A DNA stretch of 64,000 nucleotides from a bacterium HR37. GTDB taxonomy: Bacteria; Desulfobacterota_D; UBA1144; Nemesobacterales; CSP1-2. Numbering within the stretch: the first letter of the stretch is position 1; the number at the start of each line of letters is the position of its first letter. This document shows positions 37,514 through 46,568 of this stretch, in pieces. The stretch lies in contig BEIN01000002.1 of NCBI GenBank assembly GCA_002898375.1, forward strand, positions 64,347-128,346, in the 5' to 3' direction. Made by a program: the position numbers and the translations under genes. The notes below the pieces were generated by a model. It saw nothing but the letters and a program-made list of their open reading frames with translations. It was not told the origin of the DNA and made no database searches.

Positions 37514-39058
37514 CTATAGGGGTATGTTACCGTGCTTTTTTGGTGGAAGCGTTTGCCTCTTGCCCTCTAACATCTCAAAGGCCGCTATTACCCTTGGTCT
37601 TGTATCTTCCGGTCTTATTATCTCGTCTATGTAGCCAAGCTCTGCTGCTCTATAAGGGTTTGCAAACGTGTTCCTGTATTCAGTGGCAAGCCTTGCCCTT
37701 TCAGCCTCTGGGTCTTCAGCCTGTTCTATTTCCTTTCTGGCTATTATATTTACCGCTCCTTCGGGTCCCATCACTGCTATTTCTGCCGTTGGATAGGCAA
37801 AGTTTATATCACCCCTTATGTGCTTTGAGGACATAACATCGTATGCTCCCCCGTAGGCCTTTCTTGTTATCACAGTTACCCTAGGTACAGTGGCTTCACA
37901 GTATGCATACAGCAGTTTTGCTCCGTGTTTTATTATCCCATCCCATTCCTGGGCGGTACCCGGTAAGAAACCGGGTACATCAACGAAGGTGAGGATTGGG
38001 ATATTAAAGCAATCACAAAACCTTACAAATCTAGCAGCCTTTACAGAGGCATTTATATCAAGACAGCCTGCAAGAACGTTGGGTTGGTTCCCTACGATTC
38101 CTACCACCCGACCATTTAGCCTTGCAAAGCCAATAACTATGTTTTTGGCAAAGTGTTCCTGAACTTCAAAGAAGTATCCATCATCTACCACCCTGGTTAT
38201 TACATCTTTGATATCATAGGGTTTATTGGGGTTTTCTGGAACAATCTCTCTGAGTTTCATGTCCCTGCGATCTACAGGATCGCTACACTCTGCTCTTGGG
38301 GGATCTTCCATGTTGTTTGAAGGAAGAAAGCTAAGCAACTCTCTTATAAGAAGTATGCATTCCCTGTCGTTCTCTGTGGCAAAGTGGGCTACCCCACTTC
38401 TTGAGTTATGAACCATTGCACCACCCAGCTCTTCCCTGTTTACCTCTTCATGCGTTACAGCCTTTATAACATCAGGGCCGGTAATGAACATGTAGCTTGT
38501 GTTTTTTACCATTATGATGAAATCCGTTATGGCCGGTGAGTAAACTGCTCCACCTGCACATGGGCCCATTATAGCAGATATTTGTGGTATAACACCCGAA
38601 CATAACACATTCCTTAAAAATATCTCTCCATAACCCCCTAGGCTCTCTACTCCTTCCTGTATTCTTGCTCCACCTGAGTCGTTAAGCCCAATAATGGGGG
38701 CTCCAACCTGCATTGCCAGATCCATTATCTTACAGATTTTTCTTGCGTGTGTCATACCAAGTGATCCACCAAAAACGGTAAAGTCCTGTGCAAACACAAA
38801 TACCTGACGACCGTCGATTTTTCCGTAACCGGTTACAACACCATCTCCTAGAAACTTTTTCTTATCCATATTAAAGTCGGTGCACCGATGTACTGCAAAC
38901 TTATCGAGCTCAACAAATGTACCCTTGTCCAGAAGGAGGTTTATTCTCTCGCGCGCGGTAAGCTTTCCCATTTCGTGCTGTTTTTGAATCTTATCTAAAC
39001 CACCGCCTGATTCCGCTTCCTTCTCTTTTTGCTCAAGAAGCGATATTTTTTCCTTCAT
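37514..39058 (-). CDS. pccB: Acyl-CoA carboxylase carboxyltransferase (PccB-type)
   Basis: [50 protein letters not shown]. Confidence 0.96.
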   Translation of the reverse strand: MKEKISLLEQKEKEAESGGGLDKIQKQHEMGKLTARERINLLLDKGTFVELDKFAVHRCTDFNMDKKKFLGDGVVTGYGKIDGRQVFVFAQDFTVFGGSLGMTHARKICKIMDLAMQVGAPIIGLNDSGGARIQEGVESLGGYGEIFLRNVLCSGVIPQISAIMGPCAGGAVYSPAITDFIIMVKNTSYMFITGPDVIKAVTHEEVNREELGGAMVHNSRSGVAHFATENDRECILLIRELLSFLPSNNMEDPPRAECSDPVDRRDMKLREIVPENPNKPYDIKDVITRVVDDGYFFEVQEHFAKNIVIGFARLNGRVVGIVGNQPNVLAGCLDINASVKAARFVRFCDCFNIPILTFVDVPGFLPGTAQEWDGIIKHGAKLLYAYCEATVPRVTVITRKAYGGAYDVMSSKHIRGDINFAYPTAEIAVMGPEGAVNIIARKEIEQAEDPEAERARLATEYRNTFANPYRAAELGYIDEIIRPEDTRPRVIAAFEMLEGKRQTLPPKKHGNIPL

Positions 39059-39177
39059 ACTTCATCCACTCCTTTGGTTAGCCTCGACAACAATCTACAA
39101 TTTAGAAACAGAATTAGCAAGTACTTCTTCTTTCACCTCGGTTCAGGTAAGCCTTAACTATACCAAATAAAGTGTGT

Positions 39178-39786
39178 CTAATCAAAAGACCCTAAACCTA
39201 TGCTTTTCCATATTCTCTCAACCTGTTTTCTCGTTTCTTCAAGGTTTCCTGAGTTATCAATTACATAGGTTGCGTGCTTTACTTTTTCCTCAACTGGCAT
39301 CTGTGACCTGATTCTAGAAATTGCTTCTTCTTTTGATAGTCCTCTTTCTTCTACCAGTCTCTTTATCTGCGTTTCCTCATCTGAGGTAACAACAATTAGC
39401 TCATCTATTATATCGCTAAGCCCTCCTTTTTCCACTATTAGAGCAGCTTCAACAACTACGACTTTTTGGTTCTCTCTCCTGTATTTCTCTATTAGCTCTC
39501 TTATCTTTCCTATTATCCTTGGGTGGGTAATCCGGTTTAGTTCTTCTCTCTTCCCTTCGTCTTCAAAAACTATTTTCCCTAACTTCTTTCTGTCTATTGT
39601 TCCATCGTCTTTTAATATATCTTTTCCGAATTTTTCAATAATCTCTTTCCAGGCAGGCTCTCCAGGCTGCACTATCATTCTGGCAATCTGGTCTGCATCT
39701 ATTACTTTTGCTCCAAGTTCCTCAAACATCTTTGCTACAACGCTTTTACCACACCCTATATTTCCTGTAAGTCCTATAACCTTCAT
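39178..39786 (-). CDS. coaE: Dephospho-CoA kinase
   Basis: GLTGNIGCGKS, IDAD, ITHP, SQMP, NSG. Confidence 0.96.
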   Translation of the reverse strand: MKVIGLTGNIGCGKSVVAKMFEELGAKVIDADQIARMIVQPGEPAWKEIIEKFGKDILKDDGTIDRKKLGKIVFEDEGKREELNRITHPRIIGKIRELIEKYRRENQKVVVVEAALIVEKGGLSDIIDELIVVTSDEETQIKRLVEERGLSKEEAISRIRSQMPVEEKVKHATYVIDNSGNLEETRKQVERIWKSIGLGSFD

Positions 39787-39905
39787 GAGGGTATTTTATT
39801 TTACAAAAGTTTCAAGGGAAATTGCAACTGACTCCTTAAAGGGTAGTTTTGTTATGTTATATGTGTATAATATTTTCCAGATTTTGGTTCTTAAAGGAGG
39901 TTAAA

Positions 39906-40772
39906 ATGCCATTTAAAGTGGATGAGGTAAAAAAAGTGGGGGTTATTGGAGCAGGAACGATGGGTTCAGGTATTGCTCAGGTTGTGTCCGCTAGTGGAAG
40001 AGAGGTTATCTTGGTAGATATTTCTGACTCTGCGCTTAAGCGTGGAATTGATACCATACAGAAGAGTCTATCCAGATTTGTAAAAAAGGGAGAAATAAGT
40101 GAACAGGAGAGCAACTCTATTTTATCCCGTATAAGGACAACAACGTCTTTTGAGGATTTAAAGGACGTTGACCTTATAATAGAGGCCGTTTTTGAAAACA
40201 TGGAGGTAAAGAAAGAAACGTTTAAGAAACTCGATGCCTGCACACGTCCGGATGTTATTTTTGCAACAAATACCTCTTCTCTACCTATTGTGGAACTGGC
40301 TGTAAGTACAGGGAGACCAGATAAGGTGGTTGGAATGCATTTTTTTAACCCTGCCCCTATAATGAAGCTTGTGGAGGTAGTAAAGAGCCTTGTAACATCT
40401 GAGGAGACAGTTCAGTTTGCATATGATTTTGCCAAGGCTTTGGGAAAAGACCCGGTTAAAACAAAAGACGTTCCAGGGTTCATAGTAAACCGTATACTTA
40501 TGCCTATGCTTAATGAGGCCGTTTTTGCTCTTGAAGAAGGGGTTGGAACACCTGAAGATATCGACAAGGCTATGAAGCTTGGGACAAATCAGCCAATAGG
40601 TCCTCTTGCACTTATAGACCTTATAGGGCTTGATGTAACCCTTGATGTACTTGATGTACTCTATCGCGAGTTTGGAGACCCGAAATTCCGTGCTGCCAAC
40701 CTTCTTCGTCAGATGGTTCGTGCTGGTTGGCTGGGAAGGAAAACCGGGCGGGGCTTTTATTCCTATCAATAG
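39906..40772 (+). CDS. hbd: 3-hydroxybutyryl-CoA dehydrogenase
   Basis: GAGTMG, ATNTSS, GMHFFNP, PGFIVNR, GRKTGRGFY. AAGGAGG SD before ATG 39906. Confidence 0.95.
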   Translation: MPFKVDEVKKVGVIGAGTMGSGIAQVVSASGREVILVDISDSALKRGIDTIQKSLSRFVKKGEISEQESNSILSRIRTTTSFEDLKDVDLIIEAVFENMEVKKETFKKLDACTRPDVIFATNTSSLPIVELAVSTGRPDKVVGMHFFNPAPIMKLVEVVKSLVTSEETVQFAYDFAKALGKDPVKTKDVPGFIVNRILMPMLNEAVFALEEGVGTPEDIDKAMKLGTNQPIGPLALIDLIGLDVTLDVLDVLYREFGDPKFRAANLLRQMVRAGWLGRKTGRGFYSYQ

Positions 40773-40783
40773 GGGGTGCTTTG

Positions 40784-41401
40784 GTGCGGGTTGCCATAAT
40801 ATCTGATATACATGATAATGTGTGGAATCTGGATGCTTTAGTGGAAAGCATTAAGGGGTTAGATGCGGTTATTTGCTGCGGTGACCTGTGTTCACCTTTT
40901 ATAGTTGACCTGATAGCTCAGAATCTATCCAACTGTCCCATTCACATTGTGTTTGGTAATAATGATGGAGATACATTCCGTATCACCCAGAAGGCTGGTG
41001 TTTATAAAAACGTTTATGTACATGGAGAGTTTGCAGAGCTTGTGGAGTTGGAAGGAGAGTTGATAGATAGAAAGGACTTTGAAAAACGGTATGGCAACTT
41101 TTTTGATTCAAAGGAAGGTGGAAAACGCTTTGCCGTTAACCACTACGATAGCATTGCCTATGCAATTGCAAGCACAGAGAGGTATGATGTGGTTTGCTAT
41201 GGTCACAATCATTTATACAGGGTTGAGCGTCTGGGAAAAACACTTCTTATAAATCCGGGGACCGTTATGGGTTATGATGTGATTAATAAAAAAGATATAC
41301 CCCCAACGTTTGTTGTCTACAATACGGATACGGATACACCAACCGGATTTGAGATAAGCTCTTTGGATAAAGGAGGAAAAAAGGTCTTACCTATTAAGTA
41401 A
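40784..41401 (+). CDS. Metallophosphoesterase/phosphodiesterase (YfcE-like)
   Basis: SDIHDN, CGD, FGNND, YGHNH, INPG. Confidence 0.88.
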   Translation: MRVAIISDIHDNVWNLDALVESIKGLDAVICCGDLCSPFIVDLIAQNLSNCPIHIVFGNNDGDTFRITQKAGVYKNVYVHGEFAELVELEGELIDRKDFEKRYGNFFDSKEGGKRFAVNHYDSIAYAIASTERYDVVCYGHNHLYRVERLGKTLLINPGTVMGYDVINKKDIPPTFVVYNTDTDTPTGFEISSLDKGGKKVLPIK

Positions 41402-41405
41402 TTCT

Positions 41406-42824
41406 TTAGTTACTGGGATTTTTACCTTCTAAAGATATGGTCTTAATTGCCCTCTCCAGCCTTTCTAATACCTTTTCCTTCCCCAGGATCTCCATAACCT
41501 CAAATATTCCTGGACTTACGGTTTTCCCCGTAAGAGCTACCCTTACTGGCTGAGCAATCTGAACGAGCTTTAGCCCTTTTTGCTCTATTATCTCTCCAAA
41601 TACCCTTTGAAGCTCGGAAGCGTTAAAGTCACTTAGTGAGGAAAGCCTATCTATTAAATCCCTAAATATAGGAACAATTTCAGGGGTAAGAAACTTTTTC
41701 CTGGCTGACTCGTCGTACTCTATTTCATCGGTAAAAAAGTATAAGGATGCATCTGCAAGCTCTTTAAGCGTTTTTGCCCTTTCTCGTAAGCTGTTTACAA
41801 CCTTTATTAGCTTTTCGTTGAGAGCGGCTTTTATACCTCTTTTTTCAAGGAAGGGAAGCACAAGCCTTGCTATCTCCTCAACAGGCTTGTTTCTTATGTA
41901 CCATCCATTTAGCCAGAGGAGCTTTTCAGGATTAAAGACAGCAGGGGATTTTCCAACGTTATCAAGTGTAAACTTTTCGATTAGCTCTTCCCTGCTAAAT
42001 ATTTCTTGATCTCCATAAGACCACCCCAGGCGGGTAAGGTAGTTTACCAGTGCCTCTGGAAGATAACCCATTTCCCTATACGCTATAACCGAGGTGGCTC
42101 CGTGTCTTTTGCTGAGCTTTGTTCTATCCGGCCCAAGTATCATGGATACGTGAGCAAATTTTGGCAGTTCATATCCCAGGGCTTTGTATATGAGGATCTG
42201 TTTTGGTGTATTGGCTAGGTGGTCATCTCCTCTTATAACGTGAGTTATATTCATTGTGGCATCATCAACCACAACTGCGAAGTTATAGGTTGGAAAACCA
42301 TCTGTTTTCTGAATTATAAAGTCATCTATATCTTTGGCATCAAAGACAATGGTTCCTCTTATAAGATCCTCAACCTCTATTGTTCCCACCTCAGGTGTTA
42401 GGAGCCTTACAGTAAATGGGGCATTTGCGGGCTGGGATTTTAAGTATCTGCATCTACCATCGTATCTGTATACTCTACCCTGTCTTTGAGCCTCTTCCCT
42501 CTTGGCCTCTAGTTCCTCCTGTGTACAGTAGCATCTGTAAGCCTTTCCCGCTTCTAAAAGCCTCTCTATGTGGCTTTTGTATACGTGTAGCCTTTCAGAT
42601 TGCCTAAAGGGTCCTTCATCCCACTCAAGCCCAAGCCACTTCATTGCATCTATGATTTCAGCTATTGATTCTTCAGTGGACCTTGTTCTATCCGTATCCT
42701 CAATCCTTAAAATGAATTTGCCTCCGTGGTGCCTTGCAAAAAGCCAGTTAAAGATAGCCGTTCTTGCCCCTCCAATGTGAAGTGAACCTGTAGGGCTGGG
42801 AGCAAACCTAGTTCTTACACTCAT
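41406..42824 (-). CDS. gltX: Glutamate-tRNA ligase
   Basis: RFAPSPTG, HIGG, RIEDTD, KLSKR. Confidence 0.98.
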   Translation of the reverse strand: MSVRTRFAPSPTGSLHIGGARTAIFNWLFARHHGGKFILRIEDTDRTRSTEESIAEIIDAMKWLGLEWDEGPFRQSERLHVYKSHIERLLEAGKAYRCYCTQEELEAKREEAQRQGRVYRYDGRCRYLKSQPANAPFTVRLLTPEVGTIEVEDLIRGTIVFDAKDIDDFIIQKTDGFPTYNFAVVVDDATMNITHVIRGDDHLANTPKQILIYKALGYELPKFAHVSMILGPDRTKLSKRHGATSVIAYREMGYLPEALVNYLTRLGWSYGDQEIFSREELIEKFTLDNVGKSPAVFNPEKLLWLNGWYIRNKPVEEIARLVLPFLEKRGIKAALNEKLIKVVNSLRERAKTLKELADASLYFFTDEIEYDESARKKFLTPEIVPIFRDLIDRLSSLSDFNASELQRVFGEIIEQKGLKLVQIAQPVRVALTGKTVSPGIFEVMEILGKEKVLERLERAIKTISLEGKNPSN

Positions 42825-42832
42825 AGTCTTTT

Positions 42833-42861
42833 AGGTTAAATTAGAGTTTGTATTGAGTCAA
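42833..42861 (-). promoter_or_regulatory. Near-leaderless sigma70 promoter of gltX
   Basis: TTGACT-17-TAACCT-8 nt-ATG; no SD. Confidence 0.6.
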
Positions 42862-42882
42862 ACAGCCTGGCGCTTCTGGAAC

Positions 42883-43134
42883 TCAGGCCAGGAGTTCCTC
42901 CAATTTGCCAAGCCTCTCCAATTCTTTGAGTTGTTCGTATCCCCCTATCAGTTTTTCTCCAATGATTATAATGGGTACCGTTTTCCACCCTGTTTTCTGC
43001 ATAACCCTTATTTTCTCTTCTGGATCCGAGGTAAGATCAACCTCCTCGTATGCTATACCTTTGCTCTCAAGAAGTGCCTTAGCCGCACGACAGTAAGGGC
43101 AGTAGGTGGTAGTGTAGATCCTAATGCGTTTCAC
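42883..43134 (-). CDS. grxC: Glutaredoxin 3-like
   Basis: CPYC, TVP, IGGY; GAGG SD before GTG. Confidence 0.93.
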   Translation of the reverse strand: MKRIRIYTTTYCPYCRAAKALLESKGIAYEEVDLTSDPEEKIRVMQKTGWKTVPIIIIGEKLIGGYEQLKELERLGKLEELLA

Positions 43135-43246
43135 TGTATACCTCCCTCAGTTTTCCAGTATCAGGTAATATGATGCTTGTCTTGAATCCGGGTTTCAAGT
43201 ATGATTGAAAACCTAAACTACGGATTCTTTGGAATTGCCAAAAGTA

Positions 43247-43813
43247 ATGAAAAGTAACGGAATAAAAAGTATATGCCTTTTTACAATCTTTTTTGTTATT
43301 TACTCCTTGATGGCTTCATGCTCTGTGGTTAGGTTTGCCAGGTACTATGCATCTTCCGATACAGATGAGGGTAAGTTTAAAGGCCGGGTCTATAGGTCCC
43401 GGGATACAGCCTATAGTATTGGGGTGCTTTCAGAGGGGTGGAAGAGGATAGATTTAAGGGGTGGTGACATTGCTTTCTGGAACGAAGCTCTTAAGGCCAC
43501 AATAACCGTAAACTCAACATGTAATGAAAGGATAGGGAACGAGCCTCTTAACAACCTTGTGGATTCCCTTCTTGTGGGTTTTTCTGATAAGGAGTTGGAA
43601 AGGAAAGAAGAAGTTACCGTTAGTGGGCAAAGGGCAATTGATACAGTTTATAGAGGAAAGGTAAAAGACACATACGTTAAGCTTAATATAGTTGTATTAA
43701 AGAAGGACAACTGCGTATACGATTTAACGTATGCCAGCTTGCCAGAGAGCTTTGATTTGGGAATTGGGGAATTTAGGGAATTCGTATCACAATTCAGGAT
43801 ACTTAAAAAGTAG
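43247..43813 (+). CDS. Putative lipoprotein, PsbP/DcrB-like fold
   Basis: Signal peptide with lipobox LMASC; C-terminal VVLKKDNCVYDLTY...F..FV..F. Confidence 0.6.
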   Translation: MKSNGIKSICLFTIFFVIYSLMASCSVVRFARYYASSDTDEGKFKGRVYRSRDTAYSIGVLSEGWKRIDLRGGDIAFWNEALKATITVNSTCNERIGNEPLNNLVDSLLVGFSDKELERKEEVTVSGQRAIDTVYRGKVKDTYVKLNIVVLKKDNCVYDLTYASLPESFDLGIGEFREFVSQFRILKK

Positions 43814-43817
43814 CATT

Positions 43818-44594
43818 ATGGTGGGCTTTATTTCAGGGATTGGAAGCTTCTTTATCTCTATGATTGAGCGCATTGGTGATGTGGGGATTTTACTCTATAG
43901 AACCTTACGCCTTTGTTTTTCACGTCCCTTGAATCTGGATTCTATCATTGAACAGATATACGAGATTGGATTTAAGTCTATCCCCATTGTTGTGCTCTCA
44001 GCTATGGCTATAGGAATGGTTATGGTTGTACAGCTTGCCTATGGCTTTGGCAGATTTGGAGCAAAGGGGCTTGTTGGTCCTGTGGTCTCACTTGCAATTG
44101 TTAGGGAACTGGGGCCTGTACTTGCATCTCTTTTGGTTGGGGGAAGAGTGGGAGCTGGGATTACGGCTGAGATTGGCTCAATGAAGGTTACAGAGCAGAT
44201 CGATGCTATAAGGGCACTTGGAGCAGACCCTATAAAGAAGCTGGTTGTTCCAAGATTTATAGCAGCCGTTGTTTCTTTTCCTCTACTTACCCTGATTGCT
44301 GACCTGGCTGGCATTTTGGGCGCTATGATAATGGCAAACGTTGAGCTTGATATAACCCCAAGGCTTTTTATCTCAAGCATTGTAGGCTGGATAATCGTTT
44401 CCGATATATTTAGCGGTATTTTAAAAACCGTTTTTTTTGGCCTGATAGTTTCTACTTTGGGGTGTTATATAGGGTTAAACACCGAAGGGGGAACTCAGGG
44501 AGTAGGAAAAGCTACAACCTTTACCGTTGTTATCTCTCTGGTTTTGATAATAATTGGAGATTTCATACTCACAAAGCTGTTTTTAGTACTCTAG
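43818..44594 (+). CDS. mlaE: MlaE-family lipid ABC permease
   Basis: IVRELGPVL, GRVGAGITAEIGSMKVTEQIDA, LVVPR, GVGKATT. Confidence 0.95.
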   Translation: MVGFISGIGSFFISMIERIGDVGILLYRTLRLCFSRPLNLDSIIEQIYEIGFKSIPIVVLSAMAIGMVMVVQLAYGFGRFGAKGLVGPVVSLAIVRELGPVLASLLVGGRVGAGITAEIGSMKVTEQIDAIRALGADPIKKLVVPRFIAAVVSFPLLTLIADLAGILGAMIMANVELDITPRLFISSIVGWIIVSDIFSGILKTVFFGLIVSTLGCYIGLNTEGGTQGVGKATTFTVVISLVLIIIGDFILTKLFLVL

Positions 44595-45079
44595 TTATGC
44601 TGCCTTTTTCTTTCCTCAAGGGATTTCTTAAGCTCTATTGCCTCCTTGTATTCTGTGTATCTTCTGTAAGCCATCTCTGCTTTTTCTTCCTCTCCTGATC
44701 TAAGTGTCTGTATATACTCCCTATACCAGTAGGTTGCACTCTCTATTAGGTCATTTAGTGTGTTTTTCTCTGCAAGCCTTCTGGTTGCATCTGAGCTCTT
44801 GGGTCTGCTGTAGGTATTTGTCCAGAGTTGTTTTTGAGGGTAAGGGGGTGTATGTGGTTTTATTTGGGGTTGTATGGTGGTGTAGTCATCTTTTAAAATC
44901 TGCTCTCTACTGTAGTTTGAAGAGGTATTTAGAGTCTTTTTCCCGCTATAACCTGTGTGGGAGTTGTACTCGTTTATGAGTGATTGGAATACATCCGAAT
45001 CACCAAGGAAAACAACAACCGAGGCCGCTCCAAACACTGTGAGGAGAACCAAACTCACTACCTTCCCCACTATATCCAT
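44591..45079 (-). CDS. Hypothetical membrane-anchored protein
   Basis: N-terminal hydrophobic helix, low-complexity P/Q/T/S linker, helical C-terminus; GGGGG SD. Confidence 0.7.
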   Translation of the reverse strand: MDIVGKVVSLVLLTVFGAASVVVFLGDSDVFQSLINEYNSHTGYSGKKTLNTSSNYSREQILKDDYTTIQPQIKPHTPPYPQKQLWTNTYSRPKSSDATRRLAEKNTLNDLIESATYWYREYIQTLRSGEEEKAEMAYRRYTEYKEAIELKKSLEERKRQHN

Positions 45080-45123
45080 ATGGATTCCCCCTTGTGGGTG
45101 TGTTAGAGGAGAGTTGATAAAGC

Positions 45124-45242
45124 ATTTGGAGTTAGCATTGCTGAAGGTTGTCTTCTCGGGAAAAACATAGCCAATGTGGGAGGTGGATAGTAATTCGTAT
45201 ATAAACCCATACCTGGCCCTCAGTTAAAGTTTAATGCCAAAT
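45124..45242. ncRNA. Candidate structured RNA, family unknown
   Basis: Ends ATTTGG...GCTGAAGG and CCCTCAGT...CCAAAT form a long imperfect stem with G-U pairs on the + strand; inner AGGT/ACCT helix. Confidence 0.3.
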
Positions 45243-45320
45243 CTTATCTTTTACAATGGGCTATTATAGCGGTTTATTTCTCTATAAGATGAGTTGATCT
45301 GTGATATACTAATTACCGGT

Positions 45321-45755
45321 ATGCGAATACTGGCTCTTGATGTTGGAACAAAAACAATAGGGGTTGCGGTAAGTGATGAGCTTGGGATTGCCGCTCATGG
45401 GGTTAAAACCATAAGAAGAAAAGGGGTAGATAAGGATATAGAGGAGATAGCCAGATTGATAGAAGAGTACAGGCCCTGCGAGATACTAGTTGGTATACCT
45501 TATGGGTTTGATGGCAAAATTACAAGGAGAGGAAGAGATATAATTAAGTTTGCCAAGTTAGTTGAAAGGAGCTTTTCGGTTCCTGTTAGGTTTTGGGATG
45601 AGTCTTTCTCTACGGTTTGCGCTGAAAAGGTGCTTTTAGAAGCGGATATGAGTAGGTATAGGAGGAAAAAGGTAATTGATAAACTGGCTGCGGTTTTTAT
45701 CCTTGAAGGGTATCTGGAGATGCAAAGAGCAAAGAAGCAGCTAGAGAGTAAGTGA
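45321..45755 (+). CDS. ruvX: Holliday junction resolvase-like/pre-16S nuclease RuvX (YqgF)
   Basis: LALDVGTKTIGVAVSD, WDESFST, IDKLAAVFILEGYL. Confidence 0.95.
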   Translation: MRILALDVGTKTIGVAVSDELGIAAHGVKTIRRKGVDKDIEEIARLIEEYRPCEILVGIPYGFDGKITRRGRDIIKFAKLVERSFSVPVRFWDESFSTVCAEKVLLEADMSRYRRKKVIDKLAAVFILEGYLEMQRAKKQLESK

Positions 45756-45765
45756 GGAGATAGAT

Positions 45766-46557
45766 ATGCCTTATGCAAGGGTAAACGGGATCAACATATA
45801 CTATGAAACACACGGTGAGGGGTATCCTCTTGTCCTTATAGGGGGACTTGGAAGTCAAATACAGAGCTGGGCTACACAGATATCCCTTTATTCAAGGTAT
45901 TTTAAGGTCATAGTTTTTGATAACCGCGGTGCTGGGAAAACCGATAAACCAGATGTTCCCTACACGATAGAGCTTATGGCAGATGACACTGTCGGGCTTT
46001 TGGATTTTCTGGGTATTGATTCTGCTTACGTAGCTGGCAAGTCAATGGGGGGGATGATAGCACAGTGGCTTGCCATTAAGTATCCCGACAGGATAAGGAA
46101 GCTTGTTTTAGCGTGCACCTCGGCTTCACGTGACGAGGTGGGAAATGAGATTCTGAGAATCGGAAGAGAAGTTGCAACAAGAATGGGAATGAAGTATGTG
46201 TGGCTCATAGCTCTTTTTTGGGGATATACCAGGGAGTATATAGAAAGGAATCTGGGGTCTATAAGGGAAGCTCTAGCAATGGTTGATGATTCTCCGGAAT
46301 CCATAAGGGGCTACATTAGACAGAGCCTTGCCTGTGAGAAACACGATACAAGAGAGCTGGTAACCAGGATCAAGTGTCCAACACTTGTTATGATAGGGAA
46401 TCGGGATTTAATCGTTTCACCCAAGCGCTCAATTGAACTTGCTGAGTTGATTCCTAACTCGCGGTTGGAGGTATTTGATGGAGTAGGACACGGGTTCTGG
46501 AGAGAAAGACAGGAAGAGGTTGACAGGGTTGTTCTGGATTTTCTGTTGGGGGTATAA
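45766..46557 (+). CDS. Alpha/beta-fold hydrolase (enol-lactonase-like)
   Basis: DNRGAG, GKSMGG nucleophile, GNRD acid, GVGH histidine. Confidence 0.9.
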   Translation: MPYARVNGINIYYETHGEGYPLVLIGGLGSQIQSWATQISLYSRYFKVIVFDNRGAGKTDKPDVPYTIELMADDTVGLLDFLGIDSAYVAGKSMGGMIAQWLAIKYPDRIRKLVLACTSASRDEVGNEILRIGREVATRMGMKYVWLIALFWGYTREYIERNLGSIREALAMVDDSPESIRGYIRQSLACEKHDTRELVTRIKCPTLVMIGNRDLIVSPKRSIELAELIPNSRLEVFDGVGHGFWRERQEEVDRVVLDFLLGV

Positions 46558-46568
46558 GTTGGGATCAC

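Noticed and set aside
39059-39177. BirA operator or 13-aa uORF (MKEEVLANSVSKL) ahead of pccB
   Set aside because: No TGTAAACC-N14-16-GGTTTACA match, and the putative SD overlaps the GTG.
42862-42885. grxC ends in TGA followed by a GC-rich inverted repeat (possible selenocysteine readthrough)
   Set aside because: The TGA is at the normal C-terminus, the active site is CPYC, and readthrough adds only about 14 unremarkable residues.
45124-45242. c-di-GMP, c-di-AMP, TPP or SRP identity for the candidate RNA
   Set aside because: Only short fragments match (e.g. GCTAACTCC); core consensus elements are missing, so it is left unassigned.
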